Below, one piece after another: positions 48,396 to 60,948 of a DNA stretch of 64,000 nt. The stretch lies in contig OZ361256.1 in NCBI GenBank assembly GCA_977018835.1, positions 2,232,001 through 2,296,000 of the forward strand, written 5' to 3'. The notes under the pieces were generated by a model, which worked only from the letters and a program-made list of their open reading frames with translations, made no database searches and had not been told where the DNA came from. The stretch comes from Minutocellus sp. GHC0000111 (Eukaryota). Within the stretch, counting starts at the first letter, position 1, and the number at the start of each line of letters is the position of its first letter. The translations under genes were made by a program, and so were the position numbers.

Positions 48396-51300
48396 CTAAT
48401 TGAAAAGGGCCTTCATATCATCGACCGATAGCATCTTGAGAGAAGCAGCATCCCGCCCGACGGTACCGTCAAATACAAGCCGCTTCTTTTCTTGAAGCTG
48501 TAAAATTCTTTCTTCGACGGTATTTTCAGCAATGAAGCGAACTGCGCGGATGGGGCGGTACTGACCAAGACGATGTGTTCTATCGATGGCTTGCATCTCA
48601 GCGGCGGGGTTCCACCATGGATCCTATAGATGGAGGAGAAAGGATGGAGATATATTGTTAGTAAAGCAATGAACAGAAATACATGTATGCAATGCACTGT
48701 GAATGAAAAGGCAATAAGTCAACTCACCATAAGGTAGAGATGATTGGCTACAGTAAGGTTCAAAGCGACTCCGCCAGCTTTGAGAGACATGAGCAGAACT
48801 CGAACATTGTTGTCCTCGCGAAAATCCTTCAGGGCAGCATCACGCGACTTGACATCCATTCCGCCGTGCAGAGCCCTCGCTCCAAGGCCCATATCCGCAA
48901 GACATGGGTCACTATGAAGTCTCCAGCGGATAAGATCGAGCATGTTTACAAATTGAGAAAACACAATCGCCTTGGATCCCGGACTCTTTTGGCGCATCAT
49001 GACCAGTTCCTGAGTAAGAGCTTCAATCTTTGACGACGTAGCAAACTCGGCGAGGTTGATGCGGCGCAGAATAGACCTGGATGCAACATGAGTGAGCTCC
49101 TTCAAGGCGGGCATACCGATGGAACTTGTCGAGGCCTTTGGTGCTTGGTCAACGGCGAGCGTAGTGTCATCAACCACGTCGTGCTGGACCTGATTGAGAT
49201 CAATAGTGAACGGTGCTCGGCAGCTAGGGCACGGAGTACTACCCTCTCCAAGCGTCGACATGTACTTCAGAACACATCCCCGGCAAAAGGCAGCTTGGCA
49301 GCAAGAGCTCACAACTCGATCCGTTGGAGGTTCGTGACAGATATCGCAATCGGCGCTGCCGTTCGCAATAGCAGGGCCCGACACCGGCGTCAGTCCTTCC
49401 TTATCCTTCTTGGAGTAGACGGCGAGATAGGGGTGGTCCACCGACTGGCGAAGACGCATTCTGAAGACAAGAAGAAGGTTGCAGAAAAGAATAATAAAAG
49501 AAAAGGGGTCGGTGAGCGGACATATTCATTCGCAAAAATCCATATTTTTCACCCCTCCCTCCCTTTTCTGACTTACAATAAGTCGAAAACATGAGCGTAG
49601 TTGTTCTTTAAATTTCCCGAACTGTCATAGTCGTCGAAGCTCGTCTTTGTTTGAGTGTAGAGAGCATTGTAAAAATCTTCCTCAACTGGATGCAATCGAA
49701 CAGGTCGGATGGTTACGAGGCGAGGAGGGAGGTTCATGTCCTCTGCCTTGGTCTCCTTCGTGCGACGCAAGAGACACTTGTCGAGAACTTGATCCTTGAG
49801 GATGAACATAGCCCGTCGGCCGTCCCCTGAGTAGCCATCTCGTTGAATTGGATTCAAGACATACTTGTTGAAGTGGGAGTAATGCTGGACACTTCCGTGG
49901 CCGCAGTCTTGGCACTTGCCGTTCATCATTCGGTAGTGGAGCGACTTGCAGTTGCAGTCCTTTTGACGGCACAGGTAATGGGCCATTGGATTCAGACGGA
50001 GGAATCGGACCAATGAGTAGAATTCTCCCACGCGATTCTGGATAGATATAAGTAAGTGTAGATAGATAGGCGTGGATGAGAGAACAGAGTTGACATAGTG
50101 TTGGTATAAACGGAAAAAAATATCCCGGTAGATATGCCTTACCTGGAGAGGCGTGCCGGACAGGCACCACCGATGAATGCCGATAAGGGCGAATGCGGCA
50201 TTTGCCGTCTGCGAAGATCTGCTTTTGATGAAATGCGCCTCATCCAGCACAATACGCCACCATGTGAGGCTATGAAGAACACTCATCTGACTTCCCGCCA
50301 TGGCTTCTTCCATAAGTTCATCCATATCAATGCCTTCCATAGGATCACGGTCGCTGTCGTAATCGTCACTATCACTGCTGTCAGAATCACCGCCGCCTCC
50401 GCCGAAGCTTTTCTTCTTCTTCTTACCCATTGTTTTCTTCTTTCCAGCTGCAGCAGCTTTCTTTCCCTTGTCAGGCGATTTCTTCTTGTCGGCCTTGCCT
50501 TTGGCCTTTCCACCCTTCTTCGCGGCAGCTAGGGCCTTGCGCTGCTTAGCGACTGCTCTCTTGACGGCAAAATCCTCATCAGAGGATGAATCATCGCCGT
50601 CGTCATCATCAGATTCATCGGAAGGAGGCTGCTTGGCTTTCGTTGCCTTCTTCTTCGGCGGAGCACGCTTTGCCGCAGGCCTCTTCTTGCCGTACTCTTC
50701 ATCGCTAGAGCTTTCTTCGTCCTCGGAATCTGAAGGGCTGAGATACTCGTCATCACTATCTCCACCCTTATCCATCCATTTTCTCGCCGAGCTTTTCATA
50801 CGCTTCGAGGCCTGCTTTGCGGCAGATCGGGAAGATCCACGAGCAGTGCGAGGAGAAGGGGTCATTGCAACTTCCTCAGCAACGGATAGATCGAACTCGG
50901 AGTCGTATTCCTGACCGCCTTTGACACGAACGGTACTCTTGGACTTGCCTTTCTTCTTCTTGGCTGCCGATGCCTTCGTCTTTGACATTGATTTCTTCTC
51001 GTCGGGAAATGCCTTCTTCCCGCCCTTCTTCGACTTTTTAGAACCGCTGCCACCACCACCGCCTCCTCCACGGTCATTGCCTCCGCCATTCCCGCCTTGA
51101 CCTCCTCGCTCATTGTTGCGGATGGTCCTGGCTTGAGCCTCGGTACGCTGGGCTCCTTCACCGCAAAAGTATTTCAGATGGACTCGGAGTTTATCGATCT
51201 GTGGTGCAAGAGGTTTCAAGTAAGCACAAAATGGATTAATAAGAATTGAGCAAATTAGGGAAAGGGAATCGATCGATATGGAGTGGATCGAAGAGAACTT

Positions 51301-53493
51301 ACCTTGAACTTTCCTCCGCAATTAGGACACTTGACTTTGTTGGGCGAAATCATCTTGCGCATATCAGCCTCGAGCACCTGATAGGTAGTAAGGACAACAT
51401 CGTACTTTCGAAGCATGTCGCGGGGAATCTCCGAGGCCCGATCCGAGCCGTGATAGATACAGACCGAAAGAGTTCCATGTTCAGTAAACTTCTCAATCTC
51501 TGTCTTCCACTGAGTCAGGGCAATGACAGGACAAATGACGAGCGTTCCGGCTCTTGCCCCACCGCCAGCCTTCTTTCCCCTGGCTTTAGGAATGATTGAC
51601 TTGGGGACATTATTCATCGCCATTTCGTGATTCCAGTCCTCTAAACCTTTCTCCCAGAGCTTTTCTTCAGCCTTGAGAGCCTCAAGATCGGCGCCTGGGG
51701 GATGCTTTGCTCTTGGACTTGCGTGTTGAAGCTTTGGGCGGTTGTCGAGTATTGTGACTATGGACTGCAGAGTCTTGCCCATTCCCACTGCAAGGCCAGT
51801 TCATTTGAGTTTCAATAAGCAATAAGAGTGAGAAAATTGCACGCTCCACAGATAATATTGAACAACATCCCCAATATATGTAACTTACTCTCGTCGGCCA
51901 TAACGCCGCCCCGGATTTCTGGCTCCTTGACCTCCTGATGTACCATCCAGCTGGAGCCCTCAACCTGGAACGGAAGCAAATTGGCGGTCAAACCAGGCGG
52001 AGGTGAGCGGATCTCGCCCTTGAACTGAACAGGGACCAGCTCATCAGGCTCCAACGCCTCCTGCTCTTGCTTGATCTCCTCGACTGATTCGGCCACGCGA
52101 GTTTGAGCCGTTCGTAATCGTCCTCCTCCAAATCACTGCATCCGTCGACATCCTCGGCCGTCTTGATATGCTCACCAAACACTGCACACTGCAAATGCCG
52201 ATACACCGAATAGCCAGGTTTTCCACGAAAGAGGGGAGTATGCCCAATACGGAGCTGACCCTTGAGAATCTTCTCGTCGCATCGGCGGCAGGTGGCTCGA
52301 CCTGACTTGGCATACTCGGCGAAGAAGGGAATGTTGATACCGTTCAGCCCCCCATTGCCGTCGGGCTGTCCTGCCTGGGGACGAGAACCCGAAGAAGAGG
52401 GCGCGGTTCCTCCAGCAGCCGAGGCCGCCGACGATGTGCCGGTAGCATCAGTCGAAGAAGCGGACTTGCTTTTGCTTGCCTTCTTCTTACCCTTGGCCTT
52501 GGTCGCGGACTTTGTGCCACTGGTACTGGTAGTACTGCTGGCTGCACTTTCATCGGCCCCGGCCTCGGCCTTGGCTTTGCCCTTTTTGGCCCTGGGCTTC
52601 TTGGCCGTTGCCTTGGCAGATGTCGCCTTGGTTCTAGCCTTCTTCTTTGACGATGGACTGAAGTAGGGGGATTCGGTGGGAGCAGGCTCACTGGCATCCT
52701 CATCATCATCCTTGCGAGATGCCTTCCTCTTCTTGGCAGGCGGTGGGGTAGCGGGGACCTTGGCCAGGACACCGCCACTGGACGCATCCTCAAACTCATC
52801 GTCATCATCTGTGGCGGTCGCTTTCTTATTAGCCCCACCCTTGGCCTTGGTCTTCGGTTTGGCCTTGGATTTGGGCTTGGCTGCAGCCTTCTTTTTGGCA
52901 ACAGTTATCATAATGGGCTCGTCGGAGCTGCTGGCACCATCATCATCGTTAGTGCTACTCATAGCAGACGAAGAGGACTTTTCAGTAGGCACCGGGCTAA
53001 TGGCCGGCGAGGGCGTTACGGGCGCCGTCACCTTCTTTTTGGACGTTCCACGACCGCTCGACTTGGGCTTGGGCGTGCTGCTTCTGTTACTCGTACTGCT
53101 CGAGCCGAGCCGATCGGGCTGGGCCCTCTTGCGCGACGAGCGTCCCCTCCGACCGCCACCGTCCTCGTCACCATCTTCGCCAAAGCTGCGAAGACGACCA
53201 AATCCGACCGTCTCCTCGATGCCCGAGACGGAATACTTGACGGTGACCTGCTCCCGCTCGGTGCTCATCACTTCGCCGTCGGCGTCTTTTCCCGCGGAAG
53301 TTGCCTCATTCTTGTTGGTGGGATTGCTATTGCCGGCGCCGCCGCTGCCATCGTCCTCGCTGGCGCTAAAGTACGAGTCGTCAATGATCTCGGTAATCGT
53401 CGCCGGCTCCTCGTGCGAGCCGGTGAGGCCCGTGCGGACCCACACCTGGTTGCCGACGGCGAATTGCTGCTGCTGCGTTGGCGGGTCCGTCAT
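48396..53493 (-). CDS. RAD16: Rad16-like SNF2 helicase with RING finger and N-terminal PARP-type zinc finger; about 5 introns, frameshift near 52103
   Basis: [80 protein letters not shown]. Confidence 0.88.
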
Positions 53494-53664
53494 TTCTTCT
53501 TTCGGTGGGTGCGACGATCGATCGTGGACGTTGCAGACCAGCACGTGATGTGCCTGCTTTTTCCAGAAGAAAAGATACGCGAGGTATCTGCCGATAAATG
53601 GCTCTGAAAAAGCGCTGGGATACCGGCGAGAAGGCTATGGTTGACCTCCGATCGAGCTTAGATT

Positions 53665-55611
53665 ATGCACACCCCACTGAGCATGTCCTCCATGACGAAG
53701 CTGCCTCGTCTGCCTTTGGCGCCGCCGCCTTCTGAGCTGGTTTTATTGACTCGCTCGACCAGAAAAATGAACACTGGGCTTCCCGCAAACCGCCACAAGC
53801 CAACCAGTAACATGGCCAACCTCTCGAGCGGCCAGCCAGCGCCTCCGTCGGTGCCGCCCTTTCCACCAGATCAAATCAGAGACTCAGTCTCTCGTGCAGT
53901 CCATTCCTCTCTGATTCGTCTCTGTGGCGGTGGCGTCATCGGCCGGACCGACACAACCTCCTCGACAGAATGGCACCAAGCGCTGTACGATCTGGCCGCC
54001 AAATCGATGTCGTTCACAAACGGCGGCAAGTTGGGAGGCGATGCCAGTGACAATGGAGGCGGCAAGCCTCACGACATTGAGGTTCGGGTTGCCCTCTCGC
54101 TGTTTCACGAGTACAGGCGCAATGCTCGAAAGAGGACGAAGATCGGTGATGCCAATGAATGCACCCAACACAACAACCGCACCGAAGAGAACGAGCACAA
54201 ATTTGTTGCCACAGAAGAAGTTCCACTGCAAATTGTGTCCGACTTGGATTTGTGTCGGCCGATTAACTCTGCAGGGGAGTTGGCGAAACTCATTGCTCTT
54301 GATATGGAACAGCACCTACAGGATGTAGAAGAATCACGTACTGATGATGGCAATTCACCTTCTACTAGTCTTGGTGCCATTTGCGACGACATTCGTCCGG
54401 CTGCCGACTCGGGCATACTTTGCTTGACGACCAAGCACCGGGTCCAGCAGCTTCGTCACAACGGTAAATTGCCCTGTCCCATCTGTATCAAGTGGTGCAA
54501 CGGCGAAAAGGGCTTGTGGTGGCACCGGCAGGCAGAGCACGGTGCCGGCCACGGAGATGCCATGGAGGACGCGACCAATGCGGTTGATACGCTGGCCATG
54601 GTCGTCTATGATCCAGCTATGGCTGCAATCATCCCGGCAAATGAACCCAGGAGAAATGTCTCTTCTAGTAGCGATGAGAACAATAAGAGGAACGATCCCT
54701 TTGAGTGCGCCAAAAGTGGAGACTTGACGAGTCTGGTTCGGTCATTGCGAGGCACTGGGTTGGACCCAGCAGCCGCGATAGATGCGAATGGCTCGACCTG
54801 CCTCCACTGGGCAGCGGGTGGCGGACATTTGGATATGGTGAAGCATCTGATTGAAAGCTGTGGATGCTGTCCAAATGTTGGTCAGGAGGGCAAGCGATCA
54901 TTTCGAGATAGGACGGCGTTGCATTGGGCCGCACGGAATGGTCATCTGAACGTTGTCCAATATCTGCTCGAGGAATGCAATGCCGACATCGAGGCCTCGA
55001 CGGTGGATGGAACGACAGCCTTTTGCTGGGCGTCCTGGCAGGGTCACTTGGAAGTTATGCAGTATTTGCACTCGCGAGGCTGCAATATCAATGCCATCAA
55101 CTCATTTGGATGTAATGCTACACTTTGGGCCGCGCAAGGAGAGGGTGGATTGGAGACGATGAAGTGGCTTTGTGATGATGTTGGATGCGACGTTATGCGC
55201 ATAAATGAAAATGGACATTCAATTATGCATAAGTCGGCCCAAAGGGGAAAGCAGGGCGTGATTGAATGGGTTCTAGACCGCACCAAAGGGAAATTATATG
55301 AAGCTATCAAACTCATTGGACCTGATCTTGAACAGCATTGTCCGTCTGATCTTGCTGGCATGGAAGGGCATGCCGAACTGGCCGAATGGTTATCAGAAAA
55401 GGAGAAATATGTCGTTGCTCAGTGGTATGACCAGGTTGCAATTAAAGACTCAAACAACATCAGTGACCTTCCAAAGTGGCTCGCAGAAGGCCTAGAGAAA
55501 GTGCAAGGGATGTCGAAGCTCATCATCGGTTCCAAGATTCAAATGAATGCGTGGGAAGCCGGTGGCGGTATCAGGAGAATTTGTTCCCATATTACGAATG
55601 GTGATAATTGA
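53665..55611 (+). CDS. Ankyrin-repeat protein with a C2H2-type zinc finger
   Basis: CPICIKW..GLWWHRQAEH; TCLHWAAGGGH, TALHWAARNGH, TAFCWASWQGH. Confidence 0.85.
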   Translation: MHTPLSMSSMTKLPRLPLAPPPSELVLLTRSTRKMNTGLPANRHKPTSNMANLSSGQPAPPSVPPFPPDQIRDSVSRAVHSSLIRLCGGGVIGRTDTTSSTEWHQALYDLAAKSMSFTNGGKLGGDASDNGGGKPHDIEVRVALSLFHEYRRNARKRTKIGDANECTQHNNRTEENEHKFVATEEVPLQIVSDLDLCRPINSAGELAKLIALDMEQHLQDVEESRTDDGNSPSTSLGAICDDIRPAADSGILCLTTKHRVQQLRHNGKLPCPICIKWCNGEKGLWWHRQAEHGAGHGDAMEDATNAVDTLAMVVYDPAMAAIIPANEPRRNVSSSSDENNKRNDPFECAKSGDLTSLVRSLRGTGLDPAAAIDANGSTCLHWAAGGGHLDMVKHLIESCGCCPNVGQEGKRSFRDRTALHWAARNGHLNVVQYLLEECNADIEASTVDGTTAFCWASWQGHLEVMQYLHSRGCNINAINSFGCNATLWAAQGEGGLETMKWLCDDVGCDVMRINENGHSIMHKSAQRGKQGVIEWVLDRTKGKLYEAIKLIGPDLEQHCPSDLAGMEGHAELAEWLSEKEKYVVAQWYDQVAIKDSNNISDLPKWLAEGLEKVQGMSKLIIGSKIQMNAWEAGGGIRRICSHITNGDN

Positions 55612-55673
55612 AAGTAAACAGCAAAATTATTTTATTTTGAGTCAACACATACAATTGTACTAGTACTTACGTT

Positions 55674-57947
55674 CTACACCTGTTCCTCACTTGTCACGGG
55701 GCCAGTGCCACCACAATCAACTTCATCCACGGCATTGTCCTCGGAGTCAAAATTCTCAACAAAGGAAACTCTGCTCTTGCTCTTTTGCTTGATGCAGCCA
55801 TTTACACTGCATTCTCTTCCCGCCCCTTCTTGCCCGAAATCCTCCGACGGCGGCGGCAAGAGACCAGCTTTCTCAAACAGTACGTCGGCATCAGCAACGC
55901 CCTCTATCTGGAGATAGCCCTTGAGTTTGTCAAGACCATCTTTAAACTTCTTGTTTTCCTCCTCAGGAGACGAGAATTTACGGTTCTGTCGCTCCAAAGA
56001 CGCAGCCTGAGCAATATTACTCGCCGAAGCATGGGTGTGATCGCTACTTCTACGTTCGTAGCTGCTATATTCAGAGAATCTTGAGCCACCCACCCCCGCA
56101 GATACTGTAGACGCGCGACGCTTCTCCTTCTTTCGAACTGCCTTCATCTTGGGAATGAAGATAAGTATAAGGATGGTGGCGCAGACGATGAAAATGAGGA
56201 CGCTCCAAACAAAATAACTCGCCAGGGCATTGTCTTGTACGAGCAACAGTACAGGCAAGCCAATTAGAAGTGCTTGAAGAAGCGAGAAAATTGTGTAGGC
56301 AACATAAGAACTCTCGGAGAACTCTGTGCTGATTTTGCGGGCGAGCCAAGCCTGGAAGCATGCCATCGCTAGAGCAGAAAAGTTGAGCGCCACAAGGAGT
56401 GCAATGAATATTTTCCAAGATTCACCCTGGGTCGTACAATATCCATACGACTGGTAGTCGGAGTTGGGTTCAGTACGCACCCACACCAAAGGATCTAGTA
56501 AAGTCCAAAGCAACAACAGAAGAATGTTGAGAGTCATTAGCACCACGAATGGTGTGAGGACATCCCTGGCGCGGACAGAGATACGCCGAAAGTTTTGAGC
56601 ATTCTTCTGAATTCGGTTGAGTCTCCAAATTTTACTCATCAGGGCGCTGAAAATAGTAGAAAATCCTATGCTGAGCAACCAAGGGAATGCTATGCACGCC
56701 TTGGTACATCCAGCCTCAGTGGCGATGCTGTCATCAATAGAAAGCGGAATGATTGAACTTCCCATTATCAGCGTTCCAACACAAATCATGACCAAAAAGA
56801 AGGGTTGACTAGCACGGACAACTTTCCCTTTGCGCTTGCGCCAAGTCCAAAGGACACATGCGATTGGACCAACCATTATCAATCCAGCAAATGTAAGGCC
56901 GACCGGGCGGATGGTACTTAGATAATTGTAATTTACTTCCTTCGGGCCTGGCATCTTTGTGAACTCTCGGAGATATTCATCTTCAAACACCATCCTCATG
57001 TAGGAGTCGTTTATGAAAGAATCCGGATCAGGCTCCTCTGCGAGAGTCCCCTGCCGAAGCATAAAGTCGATAGATGCTTTGAACCACGATCCCAGCGTCG
57101 AGTGGCCCTCTCCATTTTTGCCACTGCGCTTCATCATTTCAAGCTGACCCTCAATGTCGTATAGAGGGCGTGTAAATTCGATCTTGATGGCCCTGTCAGA
57201 TACAGGGAAAGCATAGAACTTCCGCAAGTGGGCAATTGTATCGTCGCGGTAGTTTGGATCAAGCATGTAGTTGATCCCTCTTAGCCAAGCGGCCAAGACC
57301 TTGGCCACTATATCGGGGTGCTTTTCCCCAAACTCCTTACGGACCATTATCCCCCCAGGCACGGGTGCGCCGGCTGTAGTTCCATTGCAAATGACTTCCG
57401 CACCTGCATTTTTCTCCACGAAAGCGTAAGTATTAGGAGCCCACAAACTCCCAAAGTTGGCAACGTTGAGACCAGACATACCCGCAATAACGGCAGCTTG
57501 ATCCGCCGAGTATAGAAAGTTTGAGTCAGGGTCGTACTCAACTCCGTAGTGGTCTAAACAAGCCTCAGCGGCGAATTGTCCCGTGCTGTTGGGTGTGATG
57601 ATCATCTGAACCCCGTCGCCAAGTGTTCCCGGTGCAACGATGGTAGGCCAATCTGCCACACCATTGGCATTCGCGACGAGCGCGTTGGTGGCGCTCTCAT
57701 CGTTGGATATCCCAATCGTTTCAATGGACTTGGTCCAGCCAAGAATGTTCGGAACAACGCCGGCTCCACCGATGTCCAAGGCCTTGCTTTCAGCAGCAGC
57801 GGCAACCTGAGGGCCACCAGAAGGATATGCGACAAAGGATGGGTCGAGACCAAGCTCTTCGAAGTATTTCAGTCGATCTGCCAAATATATTGGCAGGGCC
57901 CAGTACATCGCTGGCTGGTAGCTTATCGTCAGAGGTGTTGGAGACAT
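55674..57947 (-). CDS. Class C (GABA-B-like 7tm_3) GPCR with an N-terminal NitT/TauT (NMT1-like) substrate-binding domain
   Basis: 7TM motifs VVRASQPFFL, C..FPWLLSIGF..FSALMSKIWR, WTLLDPL, AWLARKISTEFSES, IFIPK; N-terminus ISYQPAMYWALPIYLA..YFEELGL..YPSGGPQ. Confidence 0.85.
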   Translation of the reverse strand: MSPTPLTISYQPAMYWALPIYLADRLKYFEELGLDPSFVAYPSGGPQVAAAAESKALDIGGAGVVPNILGWTKSIETIGISNDESATNALVANANGVADWPTIVAPGTLGDGVQMIITPNSTGQFAAEACLDHYGVEYDPDSNFLYSADQAAVIAGMSGLNVANFGSLWAPNTYAFVEKNAGAEVICNGTTAGAPVPGGIMVRKEFGEKHPDIVAKVLAAWLRGINYMLDPNYRDDTIAHLRKFYAFPVSDRAIKIEFTRPLYDIEGQLEMMKRSGKNGEGHSTLGSWFKASIDFMLRQGTLAEEPDPDSFINDSYMRMVFEDEYLREFTKMPGPKEVNYNYLSTIRPVGLTFAGLIMVGPIACVLWTWRKRKGKVVRASQPFFLVMICVGTLIMGSSIIPLSIDDSIATEAGCTKACIAFPWLLSIGFSTIFSALMSKIWRLNRIQKNAQNFRRISVRARDVLTPFVVLMTLNILLLLLWTLLDPLVWVRTEPNSDYQSYGYCTTQGESWKIFIALLVALNFSALAMACFQAWLARKISTEFSESSYVAYTIFSLLQALLIGLPVLLLVQDNALASYFVWSVLIFIVCATILILIFIPKMKAVRKKEKRRASTVSAGVGGSRFSEYSSYERRSSDHTHASASNIAQAASLERQNRKFSSPEEENKKFKDGLDKLKGYLQIEGVADADVLFEKAGLLPPPSEDFGQEGAGRECSVNGCIKQKSKSRVSFVENFDSEDNAVDEVDCGGTGPVTSEEQV

Positions 57948-58716
57948 TTTGGAGGTGCTGCTGAGCTACTCTAGCTACGTACCTTTCCGAAAGGTAGTAG
58001 AAGTAGCACGCGAAAGAGAAAGTGAGAGAGAGCCGATGCGAGATCACTGCGTATAAGGGGCAATCCAATCCGAGGAATCAATCCCTCATCCCTCATCCGA
58101 TTGTGCTTTGTGCTCGGTAAAGCGCAAAGTGTGTCTTTCTCATCTCGCCGCTTTATAAAAGTTCGCCGACATAAAAGATTTTTCGAGGAGCGAGCCAGAT
58201 GTCGCATGTGGCCGGGCTATTTTTCTCGCCGAAGCACAAGATGGTCGAAAGCGAAAACGGAAGTATCGAGGAGGCCGAGAGAACTGGGGTCTTGGGCTGG
58301 TGTCGAAGAAGTTCAATTGTCAATCGTTGCAAAGCGGCAATGGTTACAGATGACTGACGCAACGCAACAAGAGCCACCAATCCGTCGCATGATTGAACGA
58401 TTGGTCGACTGAGATTGATGATACAGTGCAGCTAATAGCTGACCCACCGCACCACGACCGGCCTCTCTCCGGACACTGGCCACCGGTGAAGGCTTAGCAC
58501 ATCAGTGCAGAATCCTTTCCCGAGTCAGTACGTATTTATTGCCTTCGAACGAGAAGGCTAGCTACGTAGGAGCAAGACGAAAACAACGTAATAAGCAACA
58601 TGAACTTGACGCCTCATCCAGGCGATACTGGACGAAATCTCGACCAGCGTCAACCGAGCAAGATGCTGCCCAACCCAAACGATACGCGCGGCAGTGCTCG
58701 TGATCAGTAACGAATC

Positions 58717-60787
58717 ATGACCAAGTCGAACTCGGTCGTTCTCCGCCGCTTACGTAAGCGCCGAGGAGAGTGCCTCTCGTGCGGGATGAATCTATCGAAA
58801 GAAACTGCCTCCAAGGCCGCTGCGCCTGGTCTCAACATTCCAATAATCGCGAATACTACCGGCTTGTGTCAGGCATGTGCTTCTGGTTTGCCTGTTGCGC
58901 CTGCACCCGCCACTGCTACATGTACTACGAGCGATAAGGGCTTCGAGAAAGATGGTCTCCATCCAGGAGCCGGTCAGTCGACGAAGCAACCAGATCGGAT
59001 TGTGTCGCAAAGAAAATCTGTAGAAGACCACCTTACTGAAACCTCGGAGGGAACTATCCATTCGAACCAAGGCCAAGGACACGACCAGCAGAAGAAGTGG
59101 CTTATCCAAATCGAGGTCTCAGCGCAAGAGCACCACGGGAAGAGCGACCACAGGTGCCCTCACATCTTCTTCTAGAGCGACGCCGATAAAGTTGTATCAG
59201 TCACCACTCGATGACTACGCAGTAACATCCAAGTATGAGTTGGAAGAAAGGCGCCGACAGGCGACGGCGAAATCAAACAGCATGAGGAGGCAGCAGCAGC
59301 AGCAGCACCAGTTACCACCACCTACAAGGCCTGGCCAAGGCGATAAGAACCAGACCTCCCAAGCACCACTAGAAATGGGTTTGGTTTCCGCGCATGATCA
59401 TCAAGAGCAGCCAACCAAATGTGATCAATCCCGCAGACAAAGCAGCTCGTCAGATGTCGAGATCAATGATGACATTTCAACCCTTGGTGCCGAGAGCGTC
59501 ATGAGCAAGGGTGTCACCCTCAAGCGAATACGTGAACGACAGGGATTGTGTTCCGAGTGTGGAAATCGAACGCACACATTTGTAGAAGACCGTACCACGG
59601 GAGAAATGATCAAGCAACCCTGCAGTATCGAGGATCTGGTGCATCGTGGCCGGTGTCTTAAATGCCATCCACTCCCCACACACATGAAGCAACCATCTCC
59701 GGCACCTCCTGCTCTTGCACCCATTGCCCATGTCGAGCCATCGCCATCTGAAAGTCCAACAGAAGTTGTCAACTCCACACCGTCCACCGCTATTCCCAAG
59801 GCCCAAGCGCGTACAGAGCCCATGGCACCGCCGGCATCTGTAGGTCCCACCGACAAGCCCAAGTCGATACTCCGTCGTTCCAGCTCCTACAATTCCGCAG
59901 CCAGTGTGGGAAGCGCCAAGTCTGAAAGGTCCAAAAAGAGTGTTACTATCAGTATTCAAGGAGATGATAGTTCTATCGCCTCTGAAGGCGAGAATGACGA
60001 CGCCGATATGAATAAATCATCCCGCAGCATGGGGAACAAGAGCAGTAGCAAGTCTGCCCGATCACTGGTGCATGAAGACGATTCTTCGGATGAGGACATG
60101 CCCCGTTTCGGCCGTAGCAAGGAATACAAGGAGAGAAAAGCCAAGAAGGCAGCACGGAAGGAAGAAAAGGCCGCTATTGCCCGTCTCTTGGCCATTAAAA
60201 GCTGCATTAATGGGGGAGCAGGTGGAGATCTAATCGACATCGTGGCTACCATGAGGCAACATACCACCTCTGAGGACGTCCAGCTTCTCGGCGCTACCAA
60301 GCTATACGAGCGCTCGAAATCCAAGTCAGAGAGCAAACTCATAGGCCGTTCAGGGGCCATCGCTACCATCCTGGACAGCATGAAGAAACATCGCAAGTGC
60401 GCCAAGCTTCATATTATCAGCTACAAACTCATCCGGAATCTCGCCGAATGTGCCGACCACAATTGTAAGGTCCTGGTCAAGCACGGTGCATTCTCTCTCC
60501 TCTGCGATAGTATGGAACGTCACCAAGATGAGATCAGCATCCAATCTCGAGGATGTGCCGCATTGGCCTCCCTCGCCGATGAGTCGGCACATACTGACGA
60601 GGCTTTATTCGACAAGGCACGTGTCTTGGCATGCATCGTTGGTGCAGTCTCGGCATTCCCCGAAGAAGAAGAAACTCTAAGAGCAGCCTATTCTGCTCTA
60701 AAGAGTTACGGATACAAGCCGATGAAGGTATTGACGTCCTGGCAAGATCCAAATGCAAGGCGCAAGCTGATTGCGTCCTCTGCATAA
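58717..60787 (+). CDS. ARM-repeat protein with CxxCG zinc-ribbon-like repeats; frameshift between 59021 and 59175
   Basis: RGECLSCG, QGLCSECG..GRCLKCHP; ARM-like DIVATMRQH..VQLLG and IQSRGCAALASLA. Confidence 0.7.
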
Positions 60788-60948
60788 TCATATTTCATAG
60801 GAATTTCTACTCATAAAATCAAGCAATTAGACTCATACGATCGTAATACAACCTCGTATAGATTTTGTTTTTACAGCGCTACATGTATTGTTACACCCAC
60901 ATCTTTTAGTATCCTACTTCGTTCGTGCCCGTTTACTTTCATATTCAT

